DNA of 32,000 nt from Candidatus Nanohalobium constans (GCF_009617975.1 NZ_CP040089.1:90001-122000), one strand, 5' to 3'. Counted from the stretch's first letter, positions 1 through 9,437 are shown. Notes: generated from the sequence alone by a model not told the origin. A program made the numbers and translations.

Positions 1-2
1 AT

Positions 3-188
3 CTTGATCACGTTTTCCTAACAAGCATAGATATCAGAGAAGAATTGAATATTTTCACAGCTTTGGAACAATCCAAGAAAATTTTGGAAAATGCCCTCAA
101 CCTCCAATTTAAAAATAACAAAGCTAAAGACTCCAGAATGCTGCTCAGGAAAGAAATAATACCAAAAGTAAAAGAAGAACTGGAATAA
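3..188 (+). CDS. 3' end of a CDS truncated by the window edge (hypothetical protein; ...KEIIPKVKEELE*)
   Basis: Open frame from the window edge to TAA at 186-188; convergent with the P0 gene; not in the ORF track because it is partial. No recognisable family. Confidence 0.3.
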   Translation, partial: LDHVFLTSIDIREELNIFTALEQSKKILENALNLQFKNNKAKDSRMLLRKEIIPKVKEELE

Positions 189-192
189 AAAA
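187..192 (-). terminator. Oligo-T tract (T6 on minus strand) 12 nt after the P0 stop; candidate archaeal intrinsic terminator
   Basis: Minus-strand sequence ...TAACCCTCTTCTAATTTTTTATTCC directly downstream of the stop at 204-206. Confidence 0.25.
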
Positions 193-203
193 TTAGAAGA
201 GGG

Positions 204-1178
204 TTATTCCTCTTCTTTTTCTTCGGACTCGTCTTCTGAATCTTCTACAGTCTCTTCTTCCTCTTCTGAGTCACCATTTTCTTCAGCTTCATCTTCTTGG
301 AGGTCTTCTTTTGCTGCTTCAATGTCTGTTTCTGAATCAACTGCTTCTGCTCCGGATGCTGCGTAGCTGATTGCTTCTTCGATTGTTTCTTCTTCTGGTA
401 ATCCTTCGCTGATTGCCAGGTTCTTGGCTTTCTGGACTGCTTCGCTGACAATTGCCTGCGCTGTTGTTTCGTTGATGATTCCTGCGTTGACTGCAAGATT
501 GAATGCCTGTGAAGCTGCTGCTTCGACATCTGTTCTGTACTGTTCTGTGTCGATGTCAAGTTCTTCAGCACTGAAGAGTTCTCCTTCATTGTATGCTACA
601 TCTAGTGTCAGTCCGATTTCCAGTGGTTCGATCCCCATCTGGTTTAGGATTTCTGCATCTTCGGCTGTGATGGTTTCTCCTTTTTCGACGATTACTCCGT
701 CATTTTGTACATGGATGCTTCCGTCGTCTACCTGTACTTGGAGTCCTGCTTGCTGCAGTTTTCCAAGCATCGGTCCTGGACCTATTCCAGTGTCGCCTTC
801 AGGGACTACGATATCGTTCGGAGCTGTCTCTCCTCCCTGTGCAGCTGCGGAAGTCTTGTTCTCCTGAATCAGCTGATAGAGCTGGAAAGGGTCTTTGTTC
901 GAGAAGATGAATGCTGGCTGAGTTGCATCGTTATCTTCAAGCTGTTCGATATCTTCTTTCTCAGCTTTCTCGATTGCGATCTGCATCAAGGTTTTTCTGC
1001 TCATCTTGATGTCTGCGAACTCTTTCATCTCCTTCTTCATCTGCTGTAGCTGTCTTGAAGGAAGGTTGTGCATGTCTAGGAGTCCGACTACAGGGTAGTC
1101 TTCGATCTTGGTCTTGAACTCTTCGACTTTCTCTTCTTTCTGTTCTCTGGTCATCTGTTTTGGAATTGGCTGGACCAT
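204..1178 (-). CDS. rplP0: 50S ribosomal stalk protein uL10 (P0)
   Basis: N-terminus ...KEEKVEEFKTKIEDYPVVGLLDMHNLPSRQLQQMKKEM is typical of archaeal P0; long acidic C-terminal tail; lies in the canonical L11-L1-L10 gene order. Confidence 0.9.
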   Translation of the reverse strand: MVQPIPKQMTREQKEEKVEEFKTKIEDYPVVGLLDMHNLPSRQLQQMKKEMKEFADIKMSRKTLMQIAIEKAEKEDIEQLEDNDATQPAFIFSNKDPFQLYQLIQENKTSAAAQGGETAPNDIVVPEGDTGIGPGPMLGKLQQAGLQVQVDDGSIHVQNDGVIVEKGETITAEDAEILNQMGIEPLEIGLTLDVAYNEGELFSAEELDIDTEQYRTDVEAAASQAFNLAVNAGIINETTAQAIVSEAVQKAKNLAISEGLPEEETIEEAISYAASGAEAVDSETDIEAAKEDLQEDEAEENGDSEEEEETVEDSEDESEEKEEE

Positions 1179-1179
1179 T

Positions 1180-1806
1180 CTAATTCACCTCTACTGTTGG
1201 ACCCATGGTGGTCTTGATTAAGACATTCTTGAGATTGTTGTCGCCTTTAGGAAGGTGGTTGGATACGAATTCGTAGATTGTATCTGCGTTCATGGCGACA
1301 TTTCCTAGGTCCTGTTCTTCGTTTCCGATTTTAACCTGCATCAAAGGATCTTCAGCAAGTCTGAGAGTTACCGTATTTCTCAGGTCTTCAATGTCTTCTG
1401 AAGGATCTTCTCCAGGCTGTACTGGGTCCGGCATCATGTTTCTTGGACCGAGTACCTGTCCTAACTGAGAACCGATCTTAGGCATCAGTGGTGCCTCTGC
1501 CAGGAGGAATGTAAACTCTTCTGCAAGGTCTTTTGCGTTGGAAGGCTCGTCGAAGTACTCGTCTTCCAGTTCGTTCTCTGTAATGACCTTGTCGGCGTTG
1601 TCAAGGTTCTGAGTAATTGAATCCCCAATTACTGCAACCTTGATCTCTTCGTCTGCCTGATAAGGAAGTTTGATGTCTTCGTTGAAACGATTGTTAGGAT
1701 CAGAAAGATCCAGGTCTCTAAAGTTGAAGACTAGGTCAACTGATTCTGTAAAGTTTCTGTCTTCTGCTTCTTCTACTGCTTGTTCAACTGCTTCTTCGAA
1801 ATTCAT
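1180..1806 (-). CDS. rpl1: 50S ribosomal protein uL1
   Basis: 208 aa; N-terminal ...AVEEAEDRNFTESVDLVFNFRDLDL... and position between L11 and P0 match archaeal L1. Confidence 0.9.
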   Translation of the reverse strand: MNFEEAVEQAVEEAEDRNFTESVDLVFNFRDLDLSDPNNRFNEDIKLPYQADEEIKVAVIGDSITQNLDNADKVITENELEDEYFDEPSNAKDLAEEFTFLLAEAPLMPKIGSQLGQVLGPRNMMPDPVQPGEDPSEDIEDLRNTVTLRLAEDPLMQVKIGNEEQDLGNVAMNADTIYEFVSNHLPKGDNNLKNVLIKTTMGPTVEVN

Positions 1807-1862
1807 TCGAAATCACCCTGCGATTTCTGCATGACCGAGAAAATCTGTGATTTTCGGCTCAT

Positions 1863-2360
1863 CTAGATTCCCTCCTCGTTTTTGAGTTGATCATCGTATT
1901 TTCCTTCGTCAATTTCTTTTCCGACTTCGTAGGCATCTTTGCCGTCAACTGTGATTCCAGCTGAATTGGCGGAACCGATGACTTCCTTGACTGCTCCTCG
2001 TAGGTCCATTGCTAGAAGGTCGCTTGACTTCATTCTTGCGATCTTGCATGCTGTGCTGAAGTCCATGTCGGCTACCTTGTCTAGGTTTGGTTCGCCTGAT
2101 CCTCCGTCGATTCCCAGTTCGTCAAAGATTAGCTGGGCGACTGGAGGTGTTCCGACTTCTATCTCGAAGTCTCCGGTTTCCTCATCGACTTCTACATCGA
2201 CTGGTACTTCCATGCCGTCAAAGTCTTTGGTTTTGTCGTTGATTGCTGACACGACTTCCCCTACATCCGCTGGGAGTGGTCCCAGTTCCGGTCCTAGGGG
2301 AGGTCCTGCGGAGGCTGATCCTCCTTCCACTAAAGTGCTTATTGTGGTCTTATCTCCCAT
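1863..2360 (-). CDS. rpl11: 50S ribosomal protein uL11
   Basis: VEGGSASAGPPLGPELGPL... is the L11 N-terminal domain signature; 165 aa; conserved position downstream of Spt5. Confidence 0.9.
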   Translation of the reverse strand: MGDKTTISTLVEGGSASAGPPLGPELGPLPADVGEVVSAINDKTKDFDGMEVPVDVEVDEETGDFEIEVGTPPVAQLIFDELGIDGGSGEPNLDKVADMDFSTACKIARMKSSDLLAMDLRGAVKEVIGSANSAGITVDGKDAYEVGKEIDEGKYDDQLKNEEGI

Positions 2361-2399
2361 TGTTAATCATCTCGTGTTTTGTGTGATAGTATGTGTGTT

Positions 2400-2837
2400 T
2401 TACTGGTTTGCTTTTCTTCTTACTGTGTCTATGTCGACTGTTGTTGGAATTGGGACTGCTGCATCGATCAGTTCGATTGTTACTTCACGATTGGTGTCGT
2501 CGACTCTTTCGATCTTGGCTTGTTCGCCTTTGAAAGGTCCTGAGATTACTTCGACTGTGTCTCCCTCTTCAATCTTGATCTCTTCTTGTTCTTCGTCGAG
2601 GTATTTTTCGATCTGGTCGACATCTACTTTCTTGTCTAGTACTCCTCTAGCGTTTCTTGAGTCATTGACGAGGTCTTTGATGTCCTGCTCTTTTCCTTCG
2701 ATGAATATGTATCCTTGAAGGTCGTCAGGGTGGAAAAGTGCTTTTATGTCTAGGTTGCTTGTCTTAACCTGGTTTCTCATTGCGTTTATCGCTGTTTTCT
2801 CTCTTCCACGAGTTGTTCTTGCACTGAGTATTGTCAT
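2400..2837 (-). CDS. spt5: Transcription elongation factor Spt5 (archaeal NusG)
   Basis: NGN-like N-terminus plus KOW motif GDTVEVISGPFKGEQAKIERVD; conserved secE-nusG-L11 synteny. Confidence 0.85.
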   Translation of the reverse strand: MTILSARTTRGREKTAINAMRNQVKTSNLDIKALFHPDDLQGYIFIEGKEQDIKDLVNDSRNARGVLDKKVDVDQIEKYLDEEQEEIKIEEGDTVEVISGPFKGEQAKIERVDDTNREVTIELIDAAVPIPTTVDIDTVRRKANQ

Positions 2838-2852
2838 TCTCTTGTTAAACCT

Positions 2853-3065
2853 CTACATTGGGAGTACTAAGTTTTTGATCAGGTAAAATATGAATCCTAT
2901 AAGCCCTATCAGGATGATGCCTGCTCCGGTAACTTTGGCGCTCATCTCAAACTCTTCACGGTCCGGTTTTTCTGAAATTTTCAGGACTCGCCTGTACTCT
3001 TTCAACTTGCTTTCGAGCTCGTTCTTGAGCTTAGCCGGCGACAGTTCTTCGGTATTCATAATCAT
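2853..3065 (-). CDS. secE: Protein translocase subunit SecE / Sec61-gamma
   Basis: 70 aa with one C-terminal TM helix (GAGIILIGLIGFIFYLI) preceded by YRRVLKISEKPDREEF; located immediately upstream of spt5. Confidence 0.75.
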   Translation of the reverse strand: MIMNTEELSPAKLKNELESKLKEYRRVLKISEKPDREEFEMSAKVTGAGIILIGLIGFIFYLIKNLVLPM

Positions 3066-3087
3066 TCAACCATTGACAACTGCCGAG

Positions 3088-3096
3088 TTATATAGA
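3088..3096 (-). promoter_or_regulatory. TATA box (minus strand TCTATATAA) about 27 nt upstream of the secE ATG; implies a leaderless secE-spt5-L11-L1-P0 transcript
   Basis: Minus strand reads CTTTTCTATATAACTCGGCAGTTGTCAATGGTTGA-ATG; the spacing fits archaeal TATA-to-TSS distance. Confidence 0.4.
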
Positions 3097-3206
3097 AAAG
3101 CCTAGACGACTGAAACTGTCTAGAACCCTTCCACCTCGACAGTGGTTCAAACGGGCCTTTAACAAGAACTAAATCTGTAGAAAAATTTATAAAACCGTTA
3201 ATTACA

Positions 3207-4247
3207 TCAGGTATTCAGTAAGTTCCTCACCTTTCTAAGGTTTCTCTCAGGCTCCTCAATAAACCTTATTGAAAAACTTGAACCATCTCTAAGGCTTATT
3301 TTTATCGTCCCTACTCCGAATAAGCTTTCTATTCTGCTTTCAGTCATGGAAATGTTCTCTATGTCTTTGCACAGAAATTCTTCGTCTTGGTGACGGCTCT
3401 CTCTTTTGATGAAATCTCTTTTGATGGTATAATTAGTTGACTTCAGTCCAATATAGTCTGAAATCAAGAGATTTGATACGATAGCTGCTGATCCTATCGA
3501 ACTTATCAATAAAAGCAAATTTGTGGTAATTGCTTCATTGATACTTTCTATCCTGGTTGATGCTAGAAGTATTACTCCAAAGACACCTATAAATATTATT
3601 GGAGCTATGATAAGAGTGATAAATAGGTTAGTTGTTATTCCTGCCCCAACATTTGGTTTAAGGCTGAGTGAGGAGATCCTATCATTAAATCTATTTGTTT
3701 TTCGCTTATTTTTGATTTCTTTAATATCTTCTCTAATCATTCCGCGAAGTTGGTTTTCCAAGAAATCTGGTTTGCTTAAATATTCTAGTTCAACTTCTTT
3801 TTGGGAGGTACTGAGTTTCAGATTTCCGGTGTTAAAGAACCTCTGTAAGAAGGGTCTGTTAACTTGGAGTCTGTCTATGTTATTGAAAGATATGTCCTCG
3901 TTGCTTCGAGTCTTTTTAACCTCTATTTCATCTTCATGAATAATATATCTCCACTTATTCAATTCTTTACTTATGAAATGTCCTTCGACTAACGAAAACC
4001 CAATGAAAAAAAGTATGACGCTAACTGAAGAAGTAAGAATGACTGCGGCAGAACTCACTCCCAAAAAAGGTTTAGTCATCACATAAGATATCAGGAAACC
4101 TATTATTCCTATGACAAATCCTGCTAGGGCTGAGAATCCGGTATTAGGAGATATATTGTTATAGATGTCTCTTCTTAAAAGCGACTTAACAATCATGCAA
4201 GTCGTCGCCGATTTTTTAAATGGCTTGATGTTCACAGCGTCTGACAT
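3207..4247 (-). CDS. Membrane protein with two bacterial-PH (bPH_2/YdbT-like, DUF304) modules
   Basis: Two repeats of a TM hairpin followed by a soluble about 80-aa module (e.g. ISFNNIDRLQVNRPFLQRFFNTGNLKLST and IENISMTESRIESLFGVGTIKISL), as in YdbS/YdbT proteins. Confidence 0.55.
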   Translation of the reverse strand: MSDAVNIKPFKKSATTCMIVKSLLRRDIYNNISPNTGFSALAGFVIGIIGFLISYVMTKPFLGVSSAAVILTSSVSVILFFIGFSLVEGHFISKELNKWRYIIHEDEIEVKKTRSNEDISFNNIDRLQVNRPFLQRFFNTGNLKLSTSQKEVELEYLSKPDFLENQLRGMIREDIKEIKNKRKTNRFNDRISSLSLKPNVGAGITTNLFITLIIAPIIFIGVFGVILLASTRIESINEAITTNLLLLISSIGSAAIVSNLLISDYIGLKSTNYTIKRDFIKRESRHQDEEFLCKDIENISMTESRIESLFGVGTIKISLRDGSSFSIRFIEEPERNLRKVRNLLNT

Positions 4248-4311
4248 TAAACTATAGTAAGAAGAAAGTTATTGAAATAAGTAAAGGGAAGATTTTTAGG
4301 CTTAGCCCACT

Positions 4312-5421
4312 TTAGATAAACTCTACGCCTAGTTCCTGCTCAATTTCGTCCTCATACTCGTCTTGGTGAGTTTTTTCAGGTCCGTAGATCTGTGGGCTGT
4401 CGACCCCTGTGACGATTATCATGGATTGCAGTGAGTTGTCCATGTCTTCTCTGACTTGTGCTCCCCAGATGATCTTGGCTGAGTCGTGCAGTTTTCCTGA
4501 AACTGTGTTGACGACTTCCTGTGCTTCGTTGAGGGAGAGGTTGGTGCCTCCTGTTACATTGACAAGTGCTCCTTTCCCTCCTTCGATGTCTACATCAAGT
4601 AGTGGGTTGCTTAGTGCTTTCTGGACTGCTTCTGTTGCTCTGGAGTCTGTATCGGATTGTCCCATTCCGATCATTGCGATTCCTCCTTCTCCCATGACGG
4701 CTCTGATGTCCGCGAAGTCGAGGTTGACCAGTCCTGGCTTGGTGACGAGTTCTGTTACGCCTTTGACTGCGTTGACGAGTATTTCGTCTGCGATCTTGAA
4801 TGCTGTGTTCAGGGATACATCTGGTACGATTTCGAGTAGCTTGTCGTTTGGAATTACGATTAAGGTGTCGACTGTTTCTTCTAGTCGTTCTAGTCCGTAT
4901 TCTGCGTTTTCTTGTCGTGCTTGTCCTTCCATTTCGAATGGTAGTGTTACGATTCCTACGGTTAGTGCGCCTTCTTTCTTGGCTTGTTCTGCGATTACTG
5001 GTGCTGATCCTGTTCCTGTTCCTCCTCCGAGGCCGCAGGTGATGAATACCATGTCAGCTCCTTCGACCTGCTGTTTTACTTTCTGCTGAGATTCTTTGGC
5101 AGATTCCTCTCCGACTTTTGGGTCTGCTCCTGCGCCGAGACCTTGAGTAAGTTCTTTCCCAATTAGTACTTTTTCATCGGCATTTGCATAGAGAAGGTCC
5201 TGTGCATCAGTGTTCATCGCAACTGTCTCGCAGCCTTCAATTCCTACTTCAACAAGTCTGGAGATAGTATTGTTTCCTGCTCCACCTGAGCCGATTACCT
5301 TGATATCAGCTTTTCTCTGTTCTATCAAGTCCTCAAGCTCGTCGTCAATATCATGGTTTTTCTGCTTTTGAGGCACTGATCCAGAATCGTTCCGCCTTGC
5401 TTCATTTATAGAATCTTCCAT
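4312..5421 (-). CDS. ftsZ: Cell division GTPase FtsZ
   Basis: VIGSGGAGNNTISRL, tubulin signature GLGGGTGTGSAPVIAE, NTDAQ motif. Confidence 0.95.
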   Translation of the reverse strand: MEDSINEARRNDSGSVPQKQKNHDIDDELEDLIEQRKADIKVIGSGGAGNNTISRLVEVGIEGCETVAMNTDAQDLLYANADEKVLIGKELTQGLGAGADPKVGEESAKESQQKVKQQVEGADMVFITCGLGGGTGTGSAPVIAEQAKKEGALTVGIVTLPFEMEGQARQENAEYGLERLEETVDTLIVIPNDKLLEIVPDVSLNTAFKIADEILVNAVKGVTELVTKPGLVNLDFADIRAVMGEGGIAMIGMGQSDTDSRATEAVQKALSNPLLDVDIEGGKGALVNVTGGTNLSLNEAQEVVNTVSGKLHDSAKIIWGAQVREDMDNSLQSMIIVTGVDSPQIYGPEKTHQDEYEDEIEQELGVEFI

Positions 5422-5461
5422 CAGAGGACCACTTTCTTATGTAAAACAAGTAGTCACTAAA

Positions 5462-5471
5462 CTATATAAAA
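5462..5471 (-). promoter_or_regulatory. TATA box (minus TTTTATATAG) about 45 nt upstream of the ftsZ ATG
   Basis: Same CTATATAA-type core as the secE promoter; implies a short 5' UTR. Confidence 0.3.
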
Positions 5472-5562
5472 TTGGCTCAAGCCTCTGCCGCCCGAAAACA
5501 CGAAAAATAAAGCTTGCAGATGAGAAAAAAAGAGAGAAAAGATAGGAGCAGATTTGAAGTTC

Positions 5563-6210
5563 TTACTCATCAAACTCTACTTCCTCTATGCTGGTAAACT
5601 GGGTGATTTCTTCTCTAATTCCGTCCTTCATTTCTTCTGGGAGCTCGTGACTATGGCCGTCATCTTCATGCTTGTGTACGATAGTTGCTTTGTTCCCGTC
5701 AAATTCTATTTCTCCGTGGCCTAGTCGGTATTCGAAGATTTTTCGAGCCTTCTCTTCGTCATCTTCAACTTTTTCATTAACTCTTACCCAGTATTCCAGA
5801 TCTTTTCCTGCGAGCGGATGGTTAAAGTCGATTCTGACTCTGCCAGATCCTTTTGAGATTACTCTTCCGGTTCTCCGACCTATTTGGATCTGTTCGCCTA
5901 CATTGACTTGGACGCCCTGCTTTTCGAACTCTTTTTCAGGGAAGGTGTCCATGTTGTCGGCTTCTCTCTTTCCGTATGCTTTTTCAGCTGGTATTTCGAC
6001 TTCTCTTTCCTCTCCTACTTCCATGTCTTGGATTTCTTCTTCTAGTCCTTCGATTACATAGTCTTCTCCGACTAGGACTGGGATAGGCTTGAATTCTTTG
6101 CCTTGCTTGTTGATTCCGTGTTCTTCTGCTTTTTCTTCGTCTGACAGGTCAAATATTTCGCCGTCAGCCTTTCCTACATAGTCGATCAGAACTAGTTCTC
6201 CGTTTTCCAT
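5563..6210 (-). CDS. FKBP-type peptidyl-prolyl cis-trans isomerase (SlyD-like, with IF insert)
   Basis: LIDYVGK..DGEIFD, VLVGEDYVIEGLEEEIQDMEVGEEREVEIPAEKAYG, IDFNHPLAGKDLEYWVRV are classic archaeal FKBP motifs. Confidence 0.85.
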   Translation of the reverse strand: MENGELVLIDYVGKADGEIFDLSDEEKAEEHGINKQGKEFKPIPVLVGEDYVIEGLEEEIQDMEVGEEREVEIPAEKAYGKREADNMDTFPEKEFEKQGVQVNVGEQIQIGRRTGRVISKGSGRVRIDFNHPLAGKDLEYWVRVNEKVEDDEEKARKIFEYRLGHGEIEFDGNKATIVHKHEDDGHSHELPEEMKDGIREEITQFTSIEEVEFDE

Positions 6211-6253
6211 TGGTTAATTCACGGAAAACAATAAGGCTGAAAATAGTTAAAAG

Positions 6254-6577
6254 ATGCCACGAACAGGAGACAAAAACTTAAGACTTCCATGTACAATTCC
6301 TTCTTGTATGAGCTGGATGGACGAACTCCCTGAACAAGTACAGGAATCAATGGACGACCTACTACTCGAAACAGAACAACACGAAGAAACCTACATGGAC
6401 GCAGAAAACGCGCCAATAGGTCAAATATGGGTAGCAATGGCACAAATGAACAAAAGAATCCAAAAACTAGAGGATCTCGTCCAGGCACAGAGAACAGCAC
6501 TCAAAGAAATGGATGTAGAAGTAGAAGTCGACAAACACCTCGACAAAGATTTGAAAGAAAGCCTGAAAAGATATTAA
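6254..6577 (+). CDS. Small acidic coiled-coil hypothetical protein (true start probably ATG 6308 or 6317)
   Basis: Acidic composition matches the rest of the proteome. The overlapping minus-strand ORF 6219-6500 is Arg/Phe/Leu-rich and atypical. An AT-rich box at about 6240-6253 sits too close to 6254 to serve that start. Confidence 0.4.
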   Translation: MPRTGDKNLRLPCTIPSCMSWMDELPEQVQESMDDLLLETEQHEETYMDAENAPIGQIWVAMAQMNKRIQKLEDLVQAQRTALKEMDVEVEVDKHLDKDLKESLKRY

Positions 6578-6597
6578 GAAGGAAGTTTGGAGAATCT

Positions 6598-9375
6598 TTA
6601 CTCCATTACAATTGCAGGCTTACCTGGCTCTGCTCTATCTGCTTTACCTTCGTCAGATCTTTCCTCAGCTTCAATGATAACTTCGGCATCGAATTCTTCT
6701 TTCCAGCGGCTTTCGTTGGCTTCTAATGCTTCAATCTCTGTTCTTTGTTCCATCAACTGATTTCTGAATTTGCCAGGATTTTCGAAGGCATCCTGTACTT
6801 TCTGATTGACTGTGTCAGCGTGCTGTTTAAATCCTGCGTTGATGGTCTTTCCTGTTATTGCGCCTACATCGCCGAGGTCCAGGTTTTCTTCAATTTCCTG
6901 GAATGCTTCGTACTTCCAGTCTGCTGCTCGGATTACTTTGATTTTCGCTGGTTCTGAATCAACCATTTCCTGGATCTCTCTGATGTCGCTGGCTACTCTG
7001 TCAAAGTATTCGTCTATCTTCTCTGCCTCCTCGTCAAGAAGCTCTTCATCGACTTTAGGCCAGTCAGAGTTGTAAAGGAAGCCTTCATCAATCTTGTTCC
7101 ATAGTTCGTCTCCGAGATGAGGAGCGAAAGGCGCTACAAGTTTAATCAGGGTCTTAACTCCTTCAGTGAATATTGCAGGGTCAGCATCTCTCTGCTTGTA
7201 CCAGTAAAGCTTTGTCAGGAGTTTGTCAACTTCTCCTGCAGCCAAGTTGAACTCGTAGTTGTCGTTGTATTCTGTTACATTTTCTTTGGCTCTCTGAATT
7301 CTGCTGGATACTATACTGTCCTCAAGTTTTGCGTCCTCAAGACTTGCTTCTTGCTCTGTTAGTAAATCCTCGTTCTCAGTGACGAGCCTCTCAATTCTTT
7401 CTAGCATGTCGTGTGATGCCTGAACTCCGTCCTTCGACCAGTCTAGCTCTTTGCTTGGATGTGAAGCACTCAAGATGAATAATCGGGCTGTGTCTGCTCC
7501 ATACTCATCTACAAGTTCTGAAGGCCGTACGACATTGTTCTTAGATTTGGACATCTTGATGGTCTCGACTTCAACCTCTCTGCCGCATTTGCTACAGATA
7601 TTTTCGTCTTCGATTTCTTCAGGATACATCCAGCCGTGTTCAGGGCATTTGTAGGCAGGGTGGTTGACCATGCCCTGTGTCAACAGTTTTTCGAATGGCT
7701 CATCGTCTTCAACCATTCCCTGGTCTCTGAGGAACTTCTGGAAGAATCTTGCATAGATAAGATGCATTGTGGCGTGTTCTATCCCGCCTACATATTGGTC
7801 TACATTCATCCAGTAGTCTGCTGCATCCTCTTCGAAAGGAGCATCTTCGAAATCTGGTGAGCAGTATCTTAGGAAGTACCATGAGGAGTTGATGAATGTA
7901 TCCATCGTGTCGGTTTCTCTTTCTGCCTTTCCTCCACATTCAGGGCATTCTGTTTCCATGAAGCTGTCAGAAGTTTCGATAGGGTTACCTCTACCTGTGA
8001 ATTCCACATCTTCTGGTAGTTCGACAGGTAAGTCTTCTTCAGGAACTGGTACTGCTCCGCATTCGTCACAGTAGACTACGGGTATCGGTGTTCCCCAGTA
8101 ACGCTGCCTGGAGATCAGCCAGTCACGCAGCTTGTAATTAACATCTTCTTCACCAATTTCTTTCTCTTCTAATCTTTCTATTACAGTTTTGATAGCTTCT
8201 TCTTTATCCAAGTCGTTGAGGAAGTCCGAATTGATATGGTCTCCGTCTCCTTCCCAGGCGCCGTCTTCCCCAAAACTGTGGTCTTCAGCAGGTTCTACAA
8301 CAGTTTGAACATCTATTTCATGCTCTTGGGCAAATTCAAAGTCTCTCTGGTCATGTGCAGGAACTGCCATAATAGCACCGGTTCCGGCACCTTCAAGTAC
8401 GAATTCCGCTACATAGATTGGTATTTCTTCGTCGTTGAACGGATTTTCCGCGTATCTGCCAGTGAATACTCCTGCCTTGGATTTCTCCTCCCTTTCCTCG
8501 TCGTCCTTCTGCTTTGCTACCTCAATGTAATCTGCTACTTCTTCGTTTTCTTCTGCTATTTCTTCGGCTAGTTCATGTTCTGGTGCCAAGGCCATGAATG
8601 TGGCTCCGAATATCGTGTCTGGTCTTGTAGTAAATACTTCAAGTTCTCTGCCTTGTTTTAGCGGGAAGTTTATTCTTGCTCCTGTACTTCTTCCGATCCA
8701 GTTCTCCTGCATCTCTCTTACCTTGTTAGGCCAGCCGTCGAGCTGTTCAAGATCGGCGACAAGCTCATCAGCATAATCGGTTATAGCGAGCTTCCACTGT
8801 TCCATCTCCTTATTCTCGTTTACCTCTGAATCGCATCTCCAGCAAAGACCATCTTCAACTTGCTCGTCCGCTAAAACTGTTTCACAGCTTGGACACCAGT
8901 TGACTTCTGCTTCATCACGGTATGCTATGCCTTCTTCAAGCATTTTCTGGAAAATCCATTGGTCCCATTTGTAGTATTCTGGTTCGCAGGTTGTAACTTC
9001 TCTATCCCAGTCTAGGGAGAATCCAAGTCGTTTGAACTCTTCTTTCATGTCGCTGATGCAGTCCAAAGTCCACTCTCCGGGATTAATGTCTCGGTCGATA
9101 GCTGCGTTTTCTGCTGGCATTCCGAATGCGTCCCAGCCCATAGGATGCATCACATTATAGCCTTGCATCGACTTGAAACGGGCGTAGACATCTGAGAGGG
9201 AGAAAGCTCTTCCGTGGCCCATGTGCATTCGTCCAGAAGGATATGGGAACATGTCCAGGATGTATTTCTTTTCTTTATCTTCGTCTTTCTCGGCTTTGTG
9301 AAGGTTGGCTTCTTCCCATTTTTTCTGCCATTTTTGCTCTATCTGTTTGAGTCTTTCTGCGAATTCTTGGGCCAT
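6598..9375 (-). CDS. leuS: Leucyl-tRNA synthetase
   Basis: Class I HIGH-type motif (PYPSGRMHMGHGRAF), KMSKS (IKMSKSKNN), CP1 editing region, 925 aa. Confidence 0.95.
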   Translation of the reverse strand: MAQEFAERLKQIEQKWQKKWEEANLHKAEKDEDKEKKYILDMFPYPSGRMHMGHGRAFSLSDVYARFKSMQGYNVMHPMGWDAFGMPAENAAIDRDINPGEWTLDCISDMKEEFKRLGFSLDWDREVTTCEPEYYKWDQWIFQKMLEEGIAYRDEAEVNWCPSCETVLADEQVEDGLCWRCDSEVNENKEMEQWKLAITDYADELVADLEQLDGWPNKVREMQENWIGRSTGARINFPLKQGRELEVFTTRPDTIFGATFMALAPEHELAEEIAEENEEVADYIEVAKQKDDEEREEKSKAGVFTGRYAENPFNDEEIPIYVAEFVLEGAGTGAIMAVPAHDQRDFEFAQEHEIDVQTVVEPAEDHSFGEDGAWEGDGDHINSDFLNDLDKEEAIKTVIERLEEKEIGEEDVNYKLRDWLISRQRYWGTPIPVVYCDECGAVPVPEEDLPVELPEDVEFTGRGNPIETSDSFMETECPECGGKAERETDTMDTFINSSWYFLRYCSPDFEDAPFEEDAADYWMNVDQYVGGIEHATMHLIYARFFQKFLRDQGMVEDDEPFEKLLTQGMVNHPAYKCPEHGWMYPEEIEDENICSKCGREVEVETIKMSKSKNNVVRPSELVDEYGADTARLFILSASHPSKELDWSKDGVQASHDMLERIERLVTENEDLLTEQEASLEDAKLEDSIVSSRIQRAKENVTEYNDNYEFNLAAGEVDKLLTKLYWYKQRDADPAIFTEGVKTLIKLVAPFAPHLGDELWNKIDEGFLYNSDWPKVDEELLDEEAEKIDEYFDRVASDIREIQEMVDSEPAKIKVIRAADWKYEAFQEIEENLDLGDVGAITGKTINAGFKQHADTVNQKVQDAFENPGKFRNQLMEQRTEIEALEANESRWKEEFDAEVIIEAEERSDEGKADRAEPGKPAIVME

Positions 9376-9437
9376 GTTCGGCTTTTTATCTACAACTTAT
9401 TTGAATTTGTCAGTCTCGGGGAAGTGACCCTCGCTAG

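Noticed and set aside
1939-2718. 259-aa plus-strand ORF opposite L11 and Spt5
   Set aside because: It spans two well-supported minus-strand genes and their intergenic region. Its Ser/Thr/Pro-rich low-complexity translation is typical of the antisense of acidic (GAx-rich) genes. The same reasoning applies to 424-867, 4409-5089, 5672-6061, 6806-7075, 14805-15071, 28984-29358 and similar ORFs.
3144-3152. GGTTCAAAC, resembling a tRNA T-loop, in the secE upstream spacer
   Set aside because: The flanking bases do not form a T-stem (AGTGG versus GGGCC), and no acceptor or anticodon arms can be built on either strand.
6219-6500. 93-aa minus-strand ORF overlapping the 6254-6577 plus-strand ORF
   Set aside because: Its Phe/Leu/Arg/Pro-rich basic composition is unlike the neighbouring genes. 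The plus-strand acidic coiled-coil ORF is the more credible of the two, and even that one is only moderately supported.
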